A stretch of DNA of 57,385 nt, the filler included, from Sluysia triapertura (Eukaryota): assembly GCA_046118255.1 (NCBI GenBank). It is 4 parts of 4 records of this genome, joined end to end, with 100 filler letters (N's around TTAATTAATTAA, not from the genome) between each part and the next. Parts side by side here need not be neighbours in the genome. Positions count along the whole stretch, not along the records: positions 33,709 to 46,396 come from JBJNIA010090125.1; positions 46,497 to 57,385 come from JBJNIA010191974.1; 2 more parts are not named here. One strand, 5' to 3'. This document shows, one piece after another, positions 38,917 through 51,780 of the stretch (the stretch's first letter is position 1; each line of letters starts with the position of its first letter). The position numbers and the translations under genes are program-made. The notes under the pieces were generated by a model. It was not told where the DNA came from. It made no database searches and saw nothing but the letters and a program-made list of their open reading frames with translations.

Positions 38917-39075
38917 TGTTGGGGTAAAAGGCCTAAAATGTTCCAAGTAGTATAATTGAATATATTGAAAATGAAATTGTTATATGGGGCTGATTGCTCA
39001 GTGGTAGAGCATTCGCACTGCGCATCGAAGGTCCCGGGTTTGATCCCCGGTCAGTCCATTTTACGAAGTCTAACA
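38917..39075 (+). mobile_element. tRNA-bearing LTR-like element, copy D, in the Hedge gene intron
   Basis: Full-length homolog of 7188-7343 with TG..CA ends; no clear TSD. Confidence 0.75.
38987..39058 (+). tRNA. tRNA-like sequence within copy D (likely non-functional)
   Basis: GGGCTGA/TCAGTCC-A acceptor, D arm GCTC/GAGC, T arm CCGGG/CCCGG; bulged anticodon arm TTCG(C)A-CTGCGCA-TCGAA; B-box C>T change. Confidence 0.7.
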
Positions 39076-40038
39076 ATAATATAAATATAAAATATAAGAT
39101 AAAAGAAATAGTTCTTTATTTTAGTTAAAATTTTAGGTTTATTTTAATTCAAGTATAATACTTGTATTTTAAAATTGAATGATATTTTTCGTGAGATTTT
39201 GCCGCTATGTGAATCAAAGCTATAATGACTTACCGAAATTATTATCTTACTTAGACCACAAGAAAGAGAAATATAATAATGTAATGTCATCTGAAATACT
39301 CCACAAATGATAACTTCCAATATGAAAATGGCTAATGTTAACTTGAATAATACAGTAACGAATTGTACAAATTAAATCGTCTTTAACAAATGTAAGAAAT
39401 GATAGTCAAGAATAAATTAATAAAACTTAACGCGAGTTCACCAACGTACTGGGCTTACCAGCGAGGGCCAGCCGTTGGATTTTAATTGTAAGAAAAGATG
39501 CTCGACTTGGACTATAAAGTTTTACCTAACACCTAAGTTCTGGAGGTAAATGTTTTTTAGACAATTTAAGTAAATTTATTAAATATCAAATGAAGCTAAT
39601 TTAAATAATAATGTTACGTAGATTCCGTTATATGGAATCGATTGATTTTAAGATTTTAAAACTATAGTAAAGAAAATTTACGTTTTATTATCAAAATGAA
39701 TATAAAGAATAAATTAAGAAATAAAATAATAAAAATAGTAAAATTGCGTTAAACTAAATACAATTAGTTTATATATGAAGGAAATTTAAATACGATCTTT
39801 ATACGATCCAGATAAAAATTTATAAATTTACGTCGATTTTACTCTTGATATTCGATGAATATCTAACCTTATAAGAAATTAGTCTGGCGTGATCCTTGAA
39901 TAGAACTTTGAGTAATTGTTTTCCAAACGAAGAACCAAAAAATTCTTTTTATAAAATTTATAATCAAAAATTTGTTATTTAGATTTATAATAAAAAATTT
40001 TATTGAGAGTTTATGCGTTTTGATTATCGTATTTATAG

Positions 40039-40072
40039 TTGTTTTAATCTGACCTTGGTCAGATTAAAACAA
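40039..40072. repeat. near-perfect palindrome (16-bp arms, 2-nt spacer)
   Basis: TTGTTTTAATCTGACC-tt-GGTCAGATTAAAACAA. Confidence 0.9.
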
Positions 40073-41459
40073 AATAATATATTTTTAAATTTTAGAATAA
40101 TTAAAATTAATAATTTATCAGGATCACATTAAGAATAATTTTAATAATTTAATTAAAATAATATTTTAAAAATTTAAAAATATTAAAACATTCTTTTAAT
40201 TTAGGATTCCAATAATTAAAATTTTAATAAATCAATAATAATTTTCCAAAACAAAAATATGTTATTAATAACAAAAATCAATAATATAATAATAGTAATT
40301 AATCAACAAATAATAATGATCAAATAATAATAACAATGAGTTATACGTCTGTAATGAATTGATCATAATAATAATAAGTTATACGTGTGTAGGTGTGTCA
40401 CAACAATAATTATAATATTTAAAAATAAAATAATTCAGCAATAATAATATTTAAAATAATTCGACAAATGCACAAATAAACTCAAACTCAAAACAGCAAT
40501 TAAAAAACAAAGGATTGACTGAACATAAAAGCAAAAATATTAATCCAACATAGTTCTCGATTAATAAATTGTCATTAAACAGAGAGAGAAAAATCGCACT
40601 GATCGAATCGAAAAATTTGTTGTAATATAATATATACAAAACCATAAATACATCATCATTTAATGATATAAATTTTTATCAATCTCTTATATCATTAAAC
40701 ATAGTCAAAACAGCTACAAGATCAAGTGATGAAATTAGTGATCCAAATAATAAAACTGTAATCAAATTAACAGAACTACTTTATTCTTGTTGAGCTATTT
40801 AATGTTTTAATATTTATTCTATATGGTTTTACATGATAATGTATTTTCCTAAAATCATAGTTTCGGAATGTATTGCATAAAAATAAGAACTAATTAAAAC
40901 ATTGATATATATATAAAAACATATCTTCATCTACTTTAAAAAGTCCCAAAACTGATTTACAATGGCCAGAGTTTTATTTGCTTGTTTATTTATTTTCTAC
41001 CTTATGCGGTGAGTCCCTTACAATCTTTGTCTTACTCACTTAAGGACTAAGTTGTAAGTAGCAATCAAGAAGAATCTAATCGGAGGTAGATACAAATATT
41101 TAAGTAGAAACGAATATATTTTTTATTATATACTGTTGCGTCTTTGTACTTAGTAATAATAACAGTTACTCTATTTAACAAAACCTCAATAATTAATCAC
41201 TAAATTCAATATAAAATTAATATAAATTTCCTTATTTCCTTCAATAACGTTATTTATTCAACCCAAAAATTAAGTTTTTTTAATAAAATAAACAACAATT
41301 CAATAATTTGGTGATTATAAAAAAATTAAATACAAATCACCGTTACAAGTCTTCACTAAGAAACTACAGAATTAACAATAATGTTTATAAGAGACACAAG
41401 AAACACTAAAAATTCAGAAAGTGAAAAATAGTAGTGATGATTAAATATTTTAAAATATT

Positions 41460-42842
41460 AATAGGGCAGAGTGCCTCCCAAGAAGTTAACTTAAAATAGG
41501 TAAAAATCAAATAATTAATTCAAAATATTACAAAAATAAACCGGACAGAGTGTCTCTCACAAAATTATCTTTGAGATACTTCCCAAAAACGTATTTCTTT
41601 CTTTCCTTTTATTTAATTTAAAATAATAAAACAATAAAAAGTAAAAATAAATAAACAGATTACCGTATGCATGAATCTTCAATACCGGTAGGATTATGTG
41701 AATGTGTGACTTTGTTATTATTGTTATTGTGTTGTAAAAATTTAGAAATTTTTATTTTATACTTTCTCATCATCCAATCAATTCCCAGTCTCACAACCAA
41801 ACACTCTCTCACACAAATCATCCAAACCTCTTTGAGCATCAGACCGACAATAACAACTTTGACAATTACATGGTACGGTCTGTCAAACCTTATTAGGTAC
41901 AAAACCTAGAAATCTGATTTATTAGCAAACATCATTTCTTTTTTATTCTACTCAATCTATTTTTACTTAAATTACTTCTCACATTAATAATACTATTAAC
42001 ATACAAAAAATAATGAATTTAATTTCATTTTCTATTATTTAATTAATTTTCTATTTTCACACCCAATTCTCTAATGAAAAATGTTTTAAGGTTCTTATTC
42101 TCAAACGAACCATTTTAGAAACATTTTCGAGTTCACATATATATCCTTCTCTTTCATAGCAATCATCTCATATTCCATTCATCACATTTTCATCGCTCTA
42201 AGTACAAAAAATTCAAAATTCCATAATTAATAATTAATTAAAATTTGACTTTGCTCAATATTAAGGCTTTTCTTGCATGAACTCGGTCAAACCATACCTT
42301 CATCAAAAGGTCTTTTCAAAACAAATACATACAACGTTTCAAATTCAACATAGCATTCCGCATTCAAATGTTATTCACAAAAACGTACTTTTTCTTAATT
42401 TAGTTAATTAATTAATCTATTTTTAGACTTAATCTTATTCATGTATTAAGGTTTTATTAAGACTCTAAAGTCATTCAGCAGTTTATAAGGCATTCAGGAG
42501 GCTCTGATTCCTTTTTCTACTTCTCCATGTTAATTATTACTATGTTGAACTTATCTTTATTATTTTGAACAATGATTTTATTTATCAAATATTTTAAAGA
42601 TTTTATACACTTTATAATATTAGTTAAAGATCTTAAATGCTTATCAAAGTTTCCAGAATACATAAAGGTTAATAGAGTCTTAGATGATCACAAAATTTAC
42701 AAGCTCAAAGGTGTTCTAATACCTTCAAAAGTTTTTAAGGTACATTTCAAGCCTCCAAAATGTCTCGACACCTTATATAGTTCTTTGGAATGTCAATGTA
42801 TTCCTTGGCTGTTATAATTATTATAAATGTTTTTATTTTCAT
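41460..42842 (-). pseudogene. decayed spliced gene copy 2 (signal-peptide-like start, C-type-lectin-like motif)
   Basis: Starts MKIKTFIIII; one exon reads SDENVMNGI*DDCYEREGYICE (WxDxxC...YICE-like); paralog of 24450-25670. Confidence 0.5.
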
Positions 42843-43075
42843 GATTATTTTTTCGACAATGTTTATAATGTTCAATTCATCAATTTTATACCAGATCTTT
42901 CTTCATTTTTAGCTCTCTATGTTTCTCCCTAATTTCCTAACACACACGTGTGAATCCCAACAGTACCACAGTAAAATCGTCCGTCTTATAAAAATACAAA
43001 CTAAAGATTTATGTTTTTTAAATTTGTTAAATTTTCGTTAAATTTGTTAAATGTATACCCTGTTTTCGGACAGAG

Positions 43076-43165
43076 GTAGTTGAACTATGCTTATCAGAAA
43101 AACAGTTTACAAGTATTCGATATTTTGAATACAGAATTACTCAGTTGTTAGCTTTATCGTTAACA
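43076..43165 (+). CDS. candidate third exon of the Hedge gene
   Basis: AG|VVELCLSEKQFTSIRYFEYRITQLLALSLT|GT, phase 0, resembles AVDITTSDRD...LARLAVE; splice signals are weak. Confidence 0.35.
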
Positions 43166-45609
43166 GTGTAATACAGAATACAATTTAGAATTTTAGTGGT
43201 TAAGATATTAAATATCCATAAAGTAAACATAAAACAACACAATAAAAAATAAAAACCCTCTCAGTTTTTTATAGTGAAATAGGGTTAAATATTACAAGAA
43301 AACCCTATAGTTATCTGGATAGAAATTTAAAAAAAAGCATTTAAAATGGTGTTGGTTTATGAATAAATTTATTATGTCATTTATTCTTCATACTATGATT
43401 TTTCTAACACTTAACGTATGGAAAAATATTTTTTTAGCGGGATCCAGTTACAGTAAATGACTTATGTCGTGAGGAGGGTCTTAAAATTTTCTCAAAAAAC
43501 TTTAATAATTTATTTTTAAATTTTAATAATTAAATAAGCGCAAGAATATTAACTTTATTATTAAAATATACCAATATCATCCAATATATGATCGCGATTC
43601 TCATGAATGTCACGTATAAAGGCTAATATAATATAAGCGATACCAGCGGCTGTTTCAAGATTTATTGGGCACAATTCATTACGTCAACTACAGTAACAAC
43701 AACGCCAGAAACGCAGATTTATTTTATGTATTATTTCAAGTACGGTATTTTAATTTTTATTCTGATTTTTTGGTAGACAGTGTTAATTCTTATATTAATA
43801 CTTTTAAAGAAAAGAAGACCAAAATAATTATTTTAAGGATTTTAAGCGCTTAATCTATTAACTAAAATATTTTAAGTATATATTATCCTTCAATATATCG
43901 CGACTTAAAAAATTTACAAATAATTAGAAATTTAAGTGGATTTTAGAATTTCTACTTCTAAAGTTGAAATTGAACTTAAAAATATATAAATTATCAGTAA
44001 ATAGAGAAGGAATATGGATAATTATTGACCTGCGGATATTTCCAAAATGTTGAGACGTCTGTCAATTATTTCACAATTTCTCCAACTTTGATGCTGTAAA
44101 ATTGAAAAGTTCATAGTTTTACAATATGGCCGTTTTTAAAATGGCGATTTGCTAAATTGATGCTAGTTTATATACTAGTCATCAGCCAATAGGAATCGAT
44201 GGAATGTTCTAGAATGTCAGCTTCTTTTGACGAATATTGCACTGTGTACTGTGCTTTGATGATTTATCCTTGTCCAACCATTATGCTAAACATTTAAGAT
44301 TTCTCATCATATGTGACAATTTGATTTAAAAATCGACCAATCAAACTTTCAAACGTTTTTGTTGGCTAACACCAAACTTCAACGATAATTAATAAACCTT
44401 TTGAGATGGGTCAAACTTAACTGTGACCTTTAGTTCGACGACCACGTGGCTAAACAATAAACAACGCTAGAACTAAATACACTATTAATGTTTCTTGAGG
44501 TCAGTGATACCGTAATTTCTTGTAAGAACTCATACTTCATAATTTCCGACCGTAGCATTTTCAAAAGAATTAAATTTAAAGAATTGTTCAATATATATAG
44601 CTTACAATAATTTCTTACAAATTAATACAGCAATTATGAACACTGCCTGATAATTAATCACAAACCAATGTATTTAACATGTTCACCATTAAGAAAATAA
44701 AATAAAAGCATTAATGAAATTGATTCCCATATAAAATATCGATCACTTTGTTACAATATTTCTAAGTCAATATTTAAAATTATGATTTATCATTAATGCT
44801 TTTATTTATTAAATAAAAAATGTTTATGCTTATAAATAATGCTTACGTGTAAGAACATTAACTATGACACAATTAACAAAGTATTTTATTTTTGTTATTA
44901 TTATAGACTTAGTTTAAAAAATATTTTCACAACGTATTCTAATTCTAAATTCCATGTTTTAGATTGATACTTGGATTCTTTCCTTTTCTTCATATTTCTT
45001 TGCTAATTTCTAACTTATATATTAATATTTAAATGTTTCTAGAGTACTTTCGAAATACTTTAGGCTTTTTTAATCAATGCTTGCGTTGTAAAGTGAATAT
45101 TCGTAGATATTTAAATATTTCTATATATTGTAAAGTAAGTTATAAAATAATATATTTATAACATTATTGATTTATTACAGTATTACTAAAAATAAGATTA
45201 ATTATTTAAATACTAATAAAAATCGAAACTAAATAAATAATTTCGTGTTACATATAAAGATTGAATTATTTAAAAATTGCTTAATTTAATTAATAATATG
45301 AAAATGATTGACAAATTAAATTAATTAAAATAATTACAAAGAAGAAGAAAAGAAATTAAAAATAAATTGTTGTACAATTTTTTAATTATTTCTTTTGAAA
45401 TATACTATTAAATAATAAAGATTATTACATTATTCTTCAATAATTAAACATTTTCAGTTCAATTGAAATAAAATAAGTGGAAATAAAAATTTGTAGTTAA
45501 TTGCTAATTTTAAATTAATGTTTGTTTAGATGAATGAATTCATTAAATGAATATATAGGTAGAATTATTCGATAAAAACAGTCCACAGATTTCTTCAGAC
45601 TACTGACAA

Positions 45610-45725
45610 TATTTCAATAAATCAAAATTAGGAAAGTTATTTCAATAAATCAAAATTAGGAAAATTATTTCAACAAATCAAAATTAGGAAAATTATTTCA
45701 ACAAATCAAAATTAGCGAAATTATT
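45610..45725. repeat. 28-bp minisatellite, about 4 copies
   Basis: tatttcaa(t/c)aaatcaaaattaggaaa(g/a)t repeated. Confidence 0.95.
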
Positions 45726-46396
45726 ATCGAATTAAAAAAACAAACATAATCCATTTTACAGATTTATTAATTGTTTGAATAAATTTTATAATAAATTAAC
45801 AAAAATTTAATCTTCAAATAAAATAAAATGATTTTAAATAACTAAAAAATATCAATATCTCTAAACAAAATGAAATAATAGAACTTGTAGATAGTGGCAT
45901 GGAAAGAACGAAGAAACATATATGATTTTATTAAAATGGAAATGTCAACACGTAACTACAAAATGCATGTATATGAAAAATTAATAAATTGCAATTTGGT
46001 CAAATTATTATTATTTTTAAGCAAAGTAATTAATATATAAATAAAATTGGCCATATTATCACGGTATTAATTATTAATTATTAATTAAATTATTTATGTT
46101 TTTAATTATAAGAAATTAGGAAAAAATTATAACAGAATGGAAATGAAGATTTTATAGTTTATATAACAGTAAAAAAATAGTATATTTTTCGTATACATTG
46201 AAAAATCTTGAAATGAGAATTGAGTTATTATCATAAATCTTTTTGTTATGAATATAAAAGTCATTATATCTTATGTTAACAATACACACAAAGTTTTCAC
46301 AAAAAAGTTTTTTAAAAGGTTTTGCATATTTATTTCAAAGTGTTTGTACATTTATTTGCACAATTATCTCTACGAATTTTTAGTTACGCAGTTACT

Positions 46397-46496
46397 NNNN
46401 NNNNNNNNNNNNNNNNNNNNNNNNNNNNNNNNNNNNNNNNTTAATTAATTAANNNNNNNNNNNNNNNNNNNNNNNNNNNNNNNNNNNNNNNNNNNN
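46397..46496. other. assembly spacer
   Basis: N-TTAATTAATTAA-N. Confidence 0.97.
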
Positions 46497-46695
46497 ATTG
46501 AACCCAATGTACATGTTATATTATATAATCCAGATTTAGTTGTAATTGGTAAACGATTGGTAAAGTTTTTATTTTCTATTTTACAAACATCTACTTCTTC
46601 ATCGATATTAATTAAGTCAAATCGAAAATATATGGTAACACTTTCAGTCATGTAGTAAGATTTTTTTTCGGGTTTTATATATATTGTAAAATTTT
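46497..46695 (-). CDS. Ig-like module exon (phase 1), truncated by the gap; paralog of 57062-57289
   Basis: NFTIYIKPEKKSYYMTESVTIYF..VCKIENKNFTN..KSGLYNITC after a ttcag acceptor. Confidence 0.6.
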
Positions 46696-47289
46696 CTGAA
46701 CGTTTATTATATGGAAATACAATTAAAACATCTTGAATGATAATAATAAAAAAATAAAATTAAACAATAAATGTACAATATTTTTTAATAATGAAAATCA
46801 GTTTCGGAAAAGATTTAAATATCAGTTGCAAATATAAAAATTAAGGATATTGATTTATCGTATAAATTACCTTTAAAATAGCATTGTTAACATTAATAAA
46901 GAATTACTGTTGGCAGAAAAATCGAAAGATAATTTCTTTTTATTTTGAATTTTGTGTATGGGATGGAGGTTATTTTAGTATAGACGTCCTATCACATATA
47001 CAATTATCACTTATACAATTATCCCACATATTTATAAATATTCAGTATTTTTCGATAACGAGATACTTATACTTAACAACAAAATACATGGAAATCAATT
47101 ATAAAGATGGTAAAAACAAATTATATAAGATAATAAATAATTAAATTACGTAATTGCGCCAGAAAATTTAATTTTACCACTTTTCTGCTGTAATAGAAAT
47201 TTGGACTATTTATTTATTTGCTTCATTATTTTTAATATATGAAATAAAAATTCTAAAATAAGAATATTTAGAGAAAATCGCCCTCTTTT

Positions 47290-47950
47290 ATGCAAGTAAT
47301 TATTGCCAGATCCAACCAATAAAGTCTGGAGTCTTAACTTGATGGATTAATGTACTTTCAAATTCGGACTAATGGAAATGATAAATTTCAAAAAGAAGAT
47401 TATAATGTCTTATGCGACATCCATACGGTAATAAACCAAGTCAATAAAAAAATAATTTTTCAGCTACAATAAATCCAATAAATCGAACATAATACTGTCA
47501 TATAATAACCCTCATAATTCTACCATATTGCGAAGAATAACTGGCTTATTTAAAAGACAAAACACGCACCCACTCCATCAATTGGATAAACATTCTAATC
47601 ATAAGTATACAATTTATCTAGACCATAATTTCTATCAACATATCAATTTTTCGATACTTAAATTCCAAAAGGATCTATGGAAGATACAAAAGAAATCCAA
47701 CACTAATAAGTCCGAATCCTAACATTGAAAAATTCTCTTATGGCAAAACATAAGAAATATGTTAATACAGTTCACTCACTTATCGATACTGGTATCTTGA
47801 ATCATTATAAGTACAATAATTTCCTTTATAAGTAAACTACTGGGTAAGTTGGTTGACTCTATGGGTCGTGATTTATATATAATTGTGTTATTGCTAGTCA
47901 AGTTGAAAACAGCCAATTATGTTCTTGGTGTGGTTTGAGGATGTCATACT
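47290..47950 (+). mobile_element. decayed gypsy-like gag/protease remnant
   Basis: VHSLIDTG motif at ~47770-47793; surrounding frames are broken. Confidence 0.35.
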
Positions 47951-49122
47951 TCTTGATTATTGGGTTGGATACATTTCGGGCTCTAAATAAGGTAGTTGTT
48001 ATTACAACCTACTTGATCTAATAAAATCGTTCATTAAGTATGTAGTACAGTAAAGAATTTGTAAATATTCATTTTTATATAATTAGCTTATTAGGATAAT
48101 AATTTAGTTTAATTTTGATGCAAGCAGACCAGTGATTTCGGCTTCGCTGGGAAGTCGCACATTATCAGGAATCGCAAAAAGTAAATCAATAAAATAATAT
48201 AAGTTAGTATATTAAAGTTTGAAATCTCTTTTTGGTCTCAATTTAAATTATGATGACATTTAAAAGTTTTATCTTTAACAGACCACTTCGTTAAATTCTT
48301 TCATTATGGTTACATTTGCAATTTTGAGGGATGCTGTAAATGTTTGAAATTGTTACACTTTAGCTTGAGTTCTTTTCATTGTATATATTATATTTGGAAT
48401 TTTATTTATATTTATTTTAAGTTTAAAAATTTAAAAGCCGGTTTAAGGCCAGGCGAAATTAAAACACTGAAATTTACAAGACCATTTAAGCATTTGAAAA
48501 AATTAAAACCCAAAACAAAAAATTAATTGAAAACACAAAAAAAATTAATTTAACACAAGAATAGAATATAACCAGAAATTGTAGTGAGCTCAAGGAAACA
48601 GTCATAAACAAGCCTCAATAAAACCTAATGCATTTCTTATAAATAAAATCTTAAACAAACTTCAGCGCGATTTAACACATTTGTAAACTCATCAAGCAAT
48701 GCATGTAGCATGCAACAAAAACGAACACTAGATTACACTGTAACGCAAACTCAATATGCGTCCAGAACAACTTTTATAATATTACATACTCTAACAATCA
48801 TACGCAGTTTTACAATCAAAATTTATGGTGGTTATCCAATATTATTCTTAATATCACTGACTATTCTAAACAAATTTTTATATCTCATAAGTATTCATTT
48901 CAGTTTTCTTACTTATATTTTTAATTACTATTATGAAATAAGTAGATAAATGAGCTTAGAATTCATGATTCGTTATACTATTTCTTAAATAAAAGAACTT
49001 TTGATTTAAATATTTAACCTTTTTTGGTAACCAGTTGTATATATTTAAAACAAAAGGTCATAACCTACCAATTTTTTACAATTTATTCTGCATAAAGTGT
49101 TACTTTTTAGATGCATGAATTG

Positions 49123-49125
<3 letters not shown>

Positions 49126-49191
<66 letters not shown>
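49126..49191. repeat. (ATT)n microsatellite
   Basis: Direct reading. Confidence 0.95.
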
Positions 49192-49739
49192 GTTCTTATT
49201 GTTATTATGTTTAATTAAAGATTATTATTAATGTAATCTGCAATTGGCTACTAAAATGTTCAAATTATTATTATGTATTTATATTAATTTGTTTTCTACG
49301 CATCAATTTGAACATCGAATTTTATAAAATATCATTTCGCACTTATAAATGAAGTCAATCAGATATTTTATGGTTTAGATTGGTTAACAAAATAATCATC
49401 CGAATTCGATTTGGTGTTCAAACTTTCATCACGATTTAGCATCAACAGAATTTAATTTTTTTCGAATTTCAAGAAAAGGTCAATCTGAATACAATGCTTT
49501 AAAGAACTGTTATTTATCATTTATCACTTCTTGTGTTGTAAATTTATATTTGTTTTGTTATTTAAAAACTCTTAAGAATCGTACAATGGATTTAAAATTA
49601 GTTTGTAAAAATTTTTCCCGAGAGAGAATTCATTCAATATAACCCAATTTTAAAATTTAATATTTTCATTTTTCAATTATATCATGCTATTGATTTTTTT
49701 TGTTTTTCTCTTAGCTATTATTGCGGTTCAAGTTCACAA

Positions 49740-50300
49740 ATTTTAATTGTTTCTCCGAATAGGACTCATTTTTTCTAAATTTTCATGCCAATATTTGACC
49801 ACATCCGGTGGTTGTCCTCATTCATTTTGGTCATGTGGTAATGATAGCCAAAACCCGCATTTCTTTAGATTTAGATTAAACTGCATATCTTTTGTAGGTA
49901 TGTAACATTTTAATAGTATGTAAGTGTTTAATTTATGTTCATTACTTTATTATATATTTTATGTTTAGCTAAGCATTTTCACAAAAATGTGTTTTACAAA
50001 TTGTTCAATTTGCATTGCATTAGCAAAAAATACTATTAATAGCAATGCCATTGTTTTTACTTTCTTTTTAACTCATCGCCGACATCGTTCCATTCTTGCC
50101 TCTAGAGAGGACTACCATTAAAGAATGTGATATATATACGACAAAAAGGCATTTGGGCGCTCTTGATAATGTTTTGGATTTTGTCAGCACGTGATAATAG
50201 TGAATTTAATAAGAATCCATATACAATTGTACAATTCCAACCAGTAAAAAAAGTTCGTTTGACATGATCTTAACGAAAAAGTTTATCAACTGGCGAATGT
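49740..50300 (-). mobile_element. decayed MULE-like transposase
   Basis: RTFF..LY..YG (DGTF/QLYTIHG-like) and RTTTGC.QYWHENL (RTNNxxExWH-like), in the expected order. Confidence 0.4.
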
Positions 50301-50859
50301 AGTTCATGTTTAACTAAAATTATCTGAATTAGAAGAAAATGAAACATATGTTGCACATATTAAACACAATTAATGAAAACAAAACAATTTAAATGAAATT
50401 AAGTTGAAAAAAGAAATGGAAAACGTATCTTTTTGTAATAAAATATTTACAGCTATTCGATTATCAAGACATTTTGATGTTTGCTCGAAAATCTCGAAAA
50501 GTATTGATTTCTCAAAATGAAAGTATGAATATCGCTCTTAATAATTAAAATAATTTAATAATAAATTTTTCAAAATAATTAATGGCAACGCAAGGAGTTA
50601 CTATTTACCTATAATATAAAAATACTACTAAAAATAGTAGTAATCACAATTCCAATTTTTCAATTTTAATAGTTCACACAAATTTTCAATCACAATTCAA
50701 TTTTTTACCATTATTTTAACACTTGCGATTTGAATAAAATCTATCCCAAGTGTCGGATTAATGCTCTTAGTGATATTCTACGATTAGTTGATAAACAAAA
50801 TAAATATTTATTACAATTTTCAATCAGCTTCGATACAGAAGAATCTGATGATGTTAATA

Positions 50860-51710
50860 CAAATTTAAAAATCACATTGATTTCTCTACCAAATGATCAT
50901 TTTACTAATACTACCATTTTTGAATTTATACAGGTTGGTAAGTGCGAAATTGACATCGCTCGTGATGCAGTAGTACTTCAAGATCGAAAAGATCACGTTA
51001 CAATCATCAACGAGTCAGTTAGTAAAGTCGGCTTATGTATTAAAGAATCCTACATTAGGCCTATTAGTTTCATGCAACGGTTTCCAGCTAAAGCTTCTAA
51101 TCCTATGATGAAATTCGGAGAAGTATGGAAAATAGACATATTCCTTAAACGTATAAAACTTCAGTTGGCTTCTGAAAAATCAAAGTTCCTGTAAAATAAA
51201 CTTTTTCTTCAAACTTTTATAATATTCCTCATCTGAAATTCTTTCTCTCAGTGTTTTGGAATTCCAATATATTTGTAGCTTGTTATTTCAATGTTATAAA
51301 ATGTAATTTAGTCTTCAAGGAAAATAGTACAATTATTTAGTTTGATAACAAACATTATATTAATGAAAACGTTTTAAATAAAGGGTTTGTAAATATAATC
51401 TTATTAAATGATGATCGGCCTCACATCGTTCAAATGGTTGACACACCTTATATCTTTCCAGGACTAATATAAGACCTAAGCCGAGAATGAAAATTTCTTG
51501 AGAAGCATTTAGGATAAAAATACCCTTTGGCAGCTAAAGACATTGACGGAGTCCACGTGGGCATTTTCGTGATAAAATTCTGGTATCATTACATCCACAC
51601 CTTGTGATAGATACTTTAAAGTTATGGCTGGCTCAATAAAACATTTTTCGCTACACAAATGAGGAATTCCTTAGGCCTTATCAATTTTTACCCAGACTTT
51701 TTCAAATATT
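50860..51710 (-). mobile_element. decayed APE-endonuclease region of a CR1-like LINE
   Basis: EKVWVKI, a GNFDFSEAN* (GDFN-like) segment, IHKPT and NDHL, in APE order. Confidence 0.4.
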
Positions 51711-51714
51711 GACA

Positions 51715-51715
51715 C

Positions 51716-51765
<50 letters not shown>

Positions 51766-51780
51766 TAATAATAATAATAA
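51715..51780. repeat. (AAT)n microsatellite
   Basis: Direct reading. Confidence 0.95.

Noticed and set aside
42100-42330. TGA at Trp-like positions suggesting an alternative genetic code
   Set aside because: It occurs in a multiply disrupted copy. The paralog has TGG, and the CAP, Hedge and TRPM exons read cleanly in the standard code.
45610-45725. 28-bp repeats as a CRISPR array
   Set aside because: Head-to-tail units with no spacers, in a eukaryotic context with no cas genes.
50730-51194. 154-aa plus-strand ORF as a gene
   Set aside because: No recognisable motif; better explained as the antisense shadow of a decayed LINE endonuclease.
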